From positions 3,942-67,941 of IMG/VR virus record IMGVR_UViG_3300032322_001460: DNA of 64,000 bases; one strand, 5' to 3'. Shown in pieces: positions 59,360-64,000 of this stretch. Below the pieces are notes generated by a model. It did not search any database, was not told the origin of the DNA, and worked only from the letters and a program-made list of their open reading frames with translations. Source of the stretch: a virus. The stretch's first letter is position 1. Every line of letters starts with the position of its first letter. The position numbers were made by a program, and so were the translations under genes.

Positions 59360-60211
59360 ATGACACTTGTACCGAAAATAAAATATCTAACAAACAAAGA
59401 CCTATTAAGAGAAATACATTTAAGCAAGAACACATACTGCATTTTTGAAAAACCGGAATATTCCGATTACGATATTATAGTTTCAAATCTAAGCAAGATC
59501 AATGTACGGACAATCGCAGAAGCCAAACGTAATCGAGCATCTAAACTCAGTAAACAAGCACACGAACAAGCACAAGCAGCCACAGGGAAAAAAGCATCTG
59601 CTAAAGACTTTGAAATAGATTACAAAAAAGTTTCAAAACAAGATGTAGTATTTCGTGTGATGACCTTTGATCATATACCGTTGGCTCCGGGTCGTAAAAA
59701 GACATTGAAGAATACCGCAGACAGTCACGACAAAGTAAACTTTCCTCCTTTCCAACATTGGAAGTTTGACGAAAATGATAATCTAATTTGTGTTGGAAAA
59801 AGTCACTGGAAAGGTACTGTCAACAACGGCCAATTTTCAAAAGACCATGGAAAGATGACGGACAATCTTGCTCGTATGTTTTTAAAATTATGCGAACGAT
59901 ATGCCACTCGAGGCAATGTTAGAGGTTACACTTATAACGATGAAATGCGTGGACAGGCTATCCTACAGCTAACACAGATAGGCTTACAATTCGATGAAAG
60001 TAAGTCCGATAATCCTTTCGCTTATTATACTGCTGCCGTTACTAATTCATTCGTGCGAATCATCAACATCGAAAAACGTAACCAAAACATTAGAGATGAC
60101 ATACTGGAGATGAATGGTATGAATCCAAGTTGGACTCGTCAAAATAGCGGACCGGGAATGAGTTCAGGGCCGGTAAGTTCTGGCAGTGACGGCGGTAATG
60201 ATTGGGATTGA
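59360..60211 (+). CDS. gp55: Late-transcription sigma factor, T4 gp55-like
   Basis: 'YLTNKDLL', 'NVRGYTYNDEM' and 'FDESKSDNPFAYYT....NSFVRII..EK'; gp55-gp47-gp46 synteny. Confidence 0.82.
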   Translation: MTLVPKIKYLTNKDLLREIHLSKNTYCIFEKPEYSDYDIIVSNLSKINVRTIAEAKRNRASKLSKQAHEQAQAATGKKASAKDFEIDYKKVSKQDVVFRVMTFDHIPLAPGRKKTLKNTADSHDKVNFPPFQHWKFDENDNLICVGKSHWKGTVNNGQFSKDHGKMTDNLARMFLKLCERYATRGNVRGYTYNDEMRGQAILQLTQIGLQFDESKSDNPFAYYTAAVTNSFVRIINIEKRNQNIRDDILEMNGMNPSWTRQNSGPGMSSGPVSSGSDGGNDWD

Positions 60212-60236
60212 TTTTACAAACTACAACCTGTATAAT
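60208..60236 (+). promoter_or_regulatory. Sigma70-type promoter for gp47-gp46
   Basis: TTGATT (60208-60213), 17 bp spacer, TATAAT (60231-60236); ATG at 60245 with no SD. Confidence 0.6.
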
Positions 60237-60244
60237 GCTCATAT

Positions 60245-61255
60245 ATGAATTTATTTAAAAAAGCAGCCTGTTTTACAGACATTCATTTTGGATTAAAGAG
60301 CGGTAGCAGAACACATAACATCGATTGTGAAGAATTTGTTAAGTGGTTTTGTGAAGAGGCCAAACGTGAGGGTTGCGAAACTGCGATCTTCCTAGGTGAC
60401 TGGCATCATAATCGTTCTACGACCGATGTTAGCACCATGAACTATACTCTTTCTAACCTGGAAAGACTCAGTGCCAACTTTGAACGAGTATATTTTATCT
60501 TAGGTAATCACGATCTATTCTACAAAGACAAACGAGAAATTAACTCTGTGGAATTTATGCGTCTGTTTCCTAACGTAGTGCCTATCAAAGACCCGTTTAC
60601 AGAAGGTGATGTTACCATACTTCCTTGGTTAGTAGCAGACGAATGGAAAAATATTCCTAATATTAAAAGCCGTTATATCTTCGGTCATCTAGAATTACCT
60701 AGCTTTTATATGAACGCTATGGTGCAGATGCCGGATCACGGTCAATTACAAAGAAATCACTTTGTAAATCAAGAGTACGTGTTTACTGGACATTTTCACA
60801 AACGTCAACAGGCTAACAATATTGTCTACATTGGTAATGCATTCCCTCACAACTATGCAGATGCCGGAGACGACGATCGAGGAATGATGATCCTAGAGTG
60901 GGGTTCCAAGCCAGAATACAAAACTTGGCCGGGTCAACCTGTTTATAGAACTTATAAGTTAAGTCAGATCATCGACAATCCGGAAGGATTATTAAAAGAT
61001 AAGATGCACTGTCGTGTAACCATCGACCTCCCTATTACTTTCGAGGAAGCAAACTTTATCAAAGAGCAGTTTATTCCACAGTACAGTCTGCGAGAATTAA
61101 TGCTGATACCTGAAAAAGTAGAGGTCGAATCTACCCAAATAGCCGTAGATATTCAATTTGAAAGCGTAGACACTATTGTCATGAATCAAATCAATGCTAT
61201 CGAAAGCGACAGCTACAACAAAAGCCTTCTTCTAGATATCTACAAGGAACTATGA
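60245..61255 (+). CDS. gp47: Recombination nuclease, gp47/Mre11/SbcD-like
   Basis: Metallophosphoesterase motifs 'TDIHFG', 'LGDWHH', 'GNHD', 'GHLE' and 'GHFH'. Confidence 0.92.
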   Translation: MNLFKKAACFTDIHFGLKSGSRTHNIDCEEFVKWFCEEAKREGCETAIFLGDWHHNRSTTDVSTMNYTLSNLERLSANFERVYFILGNHDLFYKDKREINSVEFMRLFPNVVPIKDPFTEGDVTILPWLVADEWKNIPNIKSRYIFGHLELPSFYMNAMVQMPDHGQLQRNHFVNQEYVFTGHFHKRQQANNIVYIGNAFPHNYADAGDDDRGMMILEWGSKPEYKTWPGQPVYRTYKLSQIIDNPEGLLKDKMHCRVTIDLPITFEEANFIKEQFIPQYSLRELMLIPEKVEVESTQIAVDIQFESVDTIVMNQINAIESDSYNKSLLLDIYKEL

Positions 61256-63030
61256 TTAAAATAAAGAATCTCACAGTTAAGAATTTTATGAGTGTGGGCA
61301 ATCAAACCCAGGCTATCGATTTTGACCGTGGACAGCTGACCTTGGTCTTAGGTGAAAATCTAGATCTAGGAGGTGATGACTCTGGCGCCCGTAACGGAAC
61401 AGGCAAAACTACAATCATCAACGGACTGAGCTACGCTATCTACGGTCAAGCCCTAACCAACATCAAGCGTGATAATTTGATTAACAAGATCAATAGCAAA
61501 GGAATGTTGGTTACTGTTACATTTGAAAAAAATGGTGTAGAATATCATATAGAAAGAGGTCGTAAACCTAATCTATTAAAATTTAGTATCAACGGCGAAG
61601 AACAAGAACTTAAAGATCTTGACGAAAGTCAGGGCGATTCGAGAGAAACACAGAAAGCCATTGACGAAATGATCGGTATGAGTCACGAGATGTTCAAGCA
61701 TTTAGTTGCTCTTAACACCTATACCGAGCCGTTTCTTTCAATGAAATCTGCCGATCAAAGATCTATAATTGAACAACTTCTAGGTATAACACTACTTTCT
61801 GAAAAAGCAGAAGCTTTAAAAGAACAAATTAAATTTACCAAAGATGCTATTACTACAGAAAACACACGTATCGAAACTGTAAAAGCATCTAACGATCGCA
61901 TACAACAAAGCATAGATGCTTTAGAACGCAAACAAAAGATCTGGGAAGATCAAAAAGAAACTGCTCTAGAAAATCTTAGAAAAAATATCGATAGGCTCAG
62001 TAATATCGATATCGATTCTGAAATTATAAATCAACGTGCATTAACAGAGTGGAACAAAAACAAAAAAGAAATAGATAGTCTTACATCTTTGGTTGCTAAA
62101 CAGACTTCTACATTAGAAAAAGAACAAAAAAATCTAGAAAAACTTAAAAAAGAATTGCTTTCTTTAGCAGATCACAAATGCCATGCCTGTGGACAAGGTA
62201 TTCACGATCATAAACATGATGAGATGATGTCTGCTAAAGCCAAACAAGTAGAAGACAGTCAAAATGTAATCACAGAGTATTCTGAAGAATTATCAACTCT
62301 CAACGAAGCATTATCTTTGCTAGGAGAGCTAGGTACTTGTCCAAAAGTGATCTATGAAAATTTAGAAGAAGCATTAGATCACAAAAACACCGTAGATAGA
62401 TTGGAAAGAGACATTACTCTCAAAGAAGCTGAAAATAATCCTTATGCAGAACAGATAGAAGAACTCAAAAATACTGCTGTTCAAGAAATTGATTGGGACG
62501 CTGTCAACGAGTTAACTCGTTTAAAAGACCACCAGGAATTCTTGCATAAATTACTGACCAATAAAGATAGTTTTGTCAGAAAACGTATCATTGATCAAAA
62601 TCTAGCCTTCTTAAATCAAAGACTAACTTACTATCTAGACAAAATAGGCCTTCCGCATATAGTAGAATTTCAAAATGATCTTAGTGTAACAATTACCCAA
62701 CTAGGTCAAGATTTAGATTTTGACAATCTGAGCCGTGGAGAGCGCAATCGCTTGATCTTATCGTTGAGTTGGGCGTTCCGAGATGTATGGGAAAACTTAT
62801 ATCAAAGCATCAACCTATTGTTTATCGACGAACTAGTTGATTCGGGTATGGATGCGTCTGGAGTAGAATCAAGCATTGCAGTACTAAAACGTATGACCAG
62901 AGAGCGAGATAAGAATGTATTCTTAATTTCGCACAGAGACGATTTAACTAGTCGTGTTAATCATGTTCTAAAAGTGATCAAAGAAAACGGATTTACTAGC
63001 TATTCTACAGATATTGAAATAATGCAATGA
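61252..63030 (+). CDS. gp46: Recombination ATPase, gp46/Rad50/SbcC-like
   Basis: 'KNFMSVG', Walker A 'NGTGKTT', coiled coils with zinc hook 'CHAC', signature 'LSRGE', Walker B 'LFIDE' and 'ISH'. Confidence 0.93.
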   Translation: MIKIKNLTVKNFMSVGNQTQAIDFDRGQLTLVLGENLDLGGDDSGARNGTGKTTIINGLSYAIYGQALTNIKRDNLINKINSKGMLVTVTFEKNGVEYHIERGRKPNLLKFSINGEEQELKDLDESQGDSRETQKAIDEMIGMSHEMFKHLVALNTYTEPFLSMKSADQRSIIEQLLGITLLSEKAEALKEQIKFTKDAITTENTRIETVKASNDRIQQSIDALERKQKIWEDQKETALENLRKNIDRLSNIDIDSEIINQRALTEWNKNKKEIDSLTSLVAKQTSTLEKEQKNLEKLKKELLSLADHKCHACGQGIHDHKHDEMMSAKAKQVEDSQNVITEYSEELSTLNEALSLLGELGTCPKVIYENLEEALDHKNTVDRLERDITLKEAENNPYAEQIEELKNTAVQEIDWDAVNELTRLKDHQEFLHKLLTNKDSFVRKRIIDQNLAFLNQRLTYYLDKIGLPHIVEFQNDLSVTITQLGQDLDFDNLSRGERNRLILSLSWAFRDVWENLYQSINLLFIDELVDSGMDASGVESSIAVLKRMTRERDKNVFLISHRDDLTSRVNHVLKVIKENGFTSYSTDIEIMQ

Positions 63031-63257
63031 CTACAGAAGCCCACGACAGAATGATTCGAGCATTCCAAGAGTACTTTAAGTGGCAAGAACGCTTTGAGTA
63101 TCGTGGATCTGACGAAGCGGGCTTAAAAGCAAGATACTGGCTATCAGAAATACGAAAAGAGGCATCAACTAGGCGAGTAGAAATACAACAAAAAAGGCAA
63201 GAACGTAAACTAGCCAGAAATGGCAGGAACGGAAGGCCGCCAAAGGTAATTAAATGA
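63027..63257 (+). CDS. Small basic hypothetical protein
   Basis: 76-aa ORF with ATGA coupling to gp46. Confidence 0.7.
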   Translation: MTTEAHDRMIRAFQEYFKWQERFEYRGSDEAGLKARYWLSEIRKEASTRRVEIQQKRQERKLARNGRNGRPPKVIK

Positions 63258-63692
63258 GTGCTGTGGACGTATCAAAATCAACTTGTAGAAGAAATTCCAG
63301 AAGGCTATATTGGCTTTGTTTACCTCATCACGAATCTTAAAACCGGACAAAAGTACATAGGCAAGAAATTAGCACAGTTTAAACGTACTAAACCACCACT
63401 CAAAGGCAAAAAACTTAAAAGAAGAAGCACAGTAGAAAGCGATTGGCGCGATTACTGGGGTTCTTCCGATAGGCTCAACGCAGACGTCCAAGCATTAGGT
63501 CCGGAAAACTTCACTAGAGAAATACTTTATCTTTGCAAATCCAAGGCAGAAATGTCATATTTAGAGGCAAGAGAGCAGTTTGAACGCAGGGTTTTAGAAA
63601 CAGATGACTATTATAATGGCATTATAAACGTCAGAGTAGGCGGTTCAAACATACTTAGGCAACGCCTAGAAGAACAAAAAAAGGCAAAATAA
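63258..63692 (+). CDS. GIY-YIG (Seg-like) endonuclease, stand-alone catalytic domain
   Basis: 'GFVYLITN...KYIG', 'YWGSS', 'FTREIL', conserved Glu helix 'YLEA' and 'YYN'. Confidence 0.8.
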   Translation: MLWTYQNQLVEEIPEGYIGFVYLITNLKTGQKYIGKKLAQFKRTKPPLKGKKLKRRSTVESDWRDYWGSSDRLNADVQALGPENFTREILYLCKSKAEMSYLEAREQFERRVLETDDYYNGIINVRVGGSNILRQRLEEQKKAK

Positions 63693-64000
63693 GGCGGTTT
63701 TTTGGCTAGCGCAGGCCTAAGTTCGTGCGCTCTAAACCTGGTCATTTGGTGTACACAGGGACGGAATTCCACGCCGCAGTGGTACTCAGCAACTACCCGT
63801 ATATGGATGAAGATCGCTTACAACCTGCGATTTTGCTGTTTGAAAAGGATAAGCAAAGGTAAAAAGAAGGGAGAAAAACCCTACGTTTACAAGTCAGTTA
63901 GCGTTGATTTGTAAACCGCCGTCATTATGAAGACGCAGCTAAAGGTACCGGATGACCGCCTTGGTAATGCTGTAACGCTAAGTGGTATTGTTCAACTCGG
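63691..64000 (+). ncRNA. Putative structured non-coding RNA, family not recognised; probably continues past the window
   Basis: GC-richer gap with many stems: AGCGCA/TGCGCT (63708/63726), CCTG/CAGG, AGATCGC/GCGATTT (63811/63827), TTTGCT/AGCAAA, AGGG/CCCT, 13-bp GTTTACAAGTCAG/TTGATTTGTAAAC (63885-63916, two G-U pairs), CGTC/GACG and CAGC/GCTG. Confidence 0.5.

Noticed and set aside
63258-63692. GIY-YIG gene as an intron-encoded homing endonuclease
   Set aside because: The upstream genes are intact and no 5' exon or recognisable group I core was seen; the downstream side cannot be judged because the window ends.
63702-63914. 70-aa ORF after the GIY-YIG gene
   Set aside because: TTG start, no clear SD, atypical composition; the region is better explained by RNA stems.
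1-64000. Alternative genetic code (stop-codon recoding) as in some jumbo phages
   Set aside because: The standard code yields long, tightly packed ORFs including a 14.6-kb gene, with no systematic fragmentation.

Overview
AT-rich, densely coding 64 kb segment of a large T4-related (jumbo, myovirus-like) bacteriophage genome; no host chromosomal genes, tRNAs, rRNAs or CRISPR arrays are visible. There are four blocks. (1) 1-7511, + strand: nucleotide/DNA metabolism (phosphoribosyltransferase, HIT hydrolase, dCMP deaminase, QueE-like radical SAM, RNase H/5'-3' exonuclease) and small hypotheticals. (2) 7495-24893, mostly - strand: a ~17 kb overlapping-gene modification cluster with a UDP-sugar dehydrogenase, five more radical SAM enzymes (four with an N-terminal twitch-like domain), two SGNH hydrolases and about five glycosyltransferase-like proteins, headed by a late-promoter motif. 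(3) 24954-59286, - strand: tail fibre and baseplate genes, including four paralogous fibre proteins, a 4872-aa giant protein, and gp6-, gp25-, gp5-, gp53- and gp48-like proteins. (4) 59360-64000, + strand: gp55-like sigma factor, gp47/gp46 (Mre11/Rad50), a short GIY-YIG nuclease and a GC-richer, strongly structured non-coding region running off the window. The best candidates for new biology are a late-expressed phage glycan/radical-SAM tailoring pathway next to the virion genes (with a recurring DGST[ILV] motif in the giant protein as a possible target), the structured RNA abutting the GIY-YIG gene, and late promoters embedded in RBS-sequestering hairpins. All product calls come from motif recognition by eye; no database searches were run.
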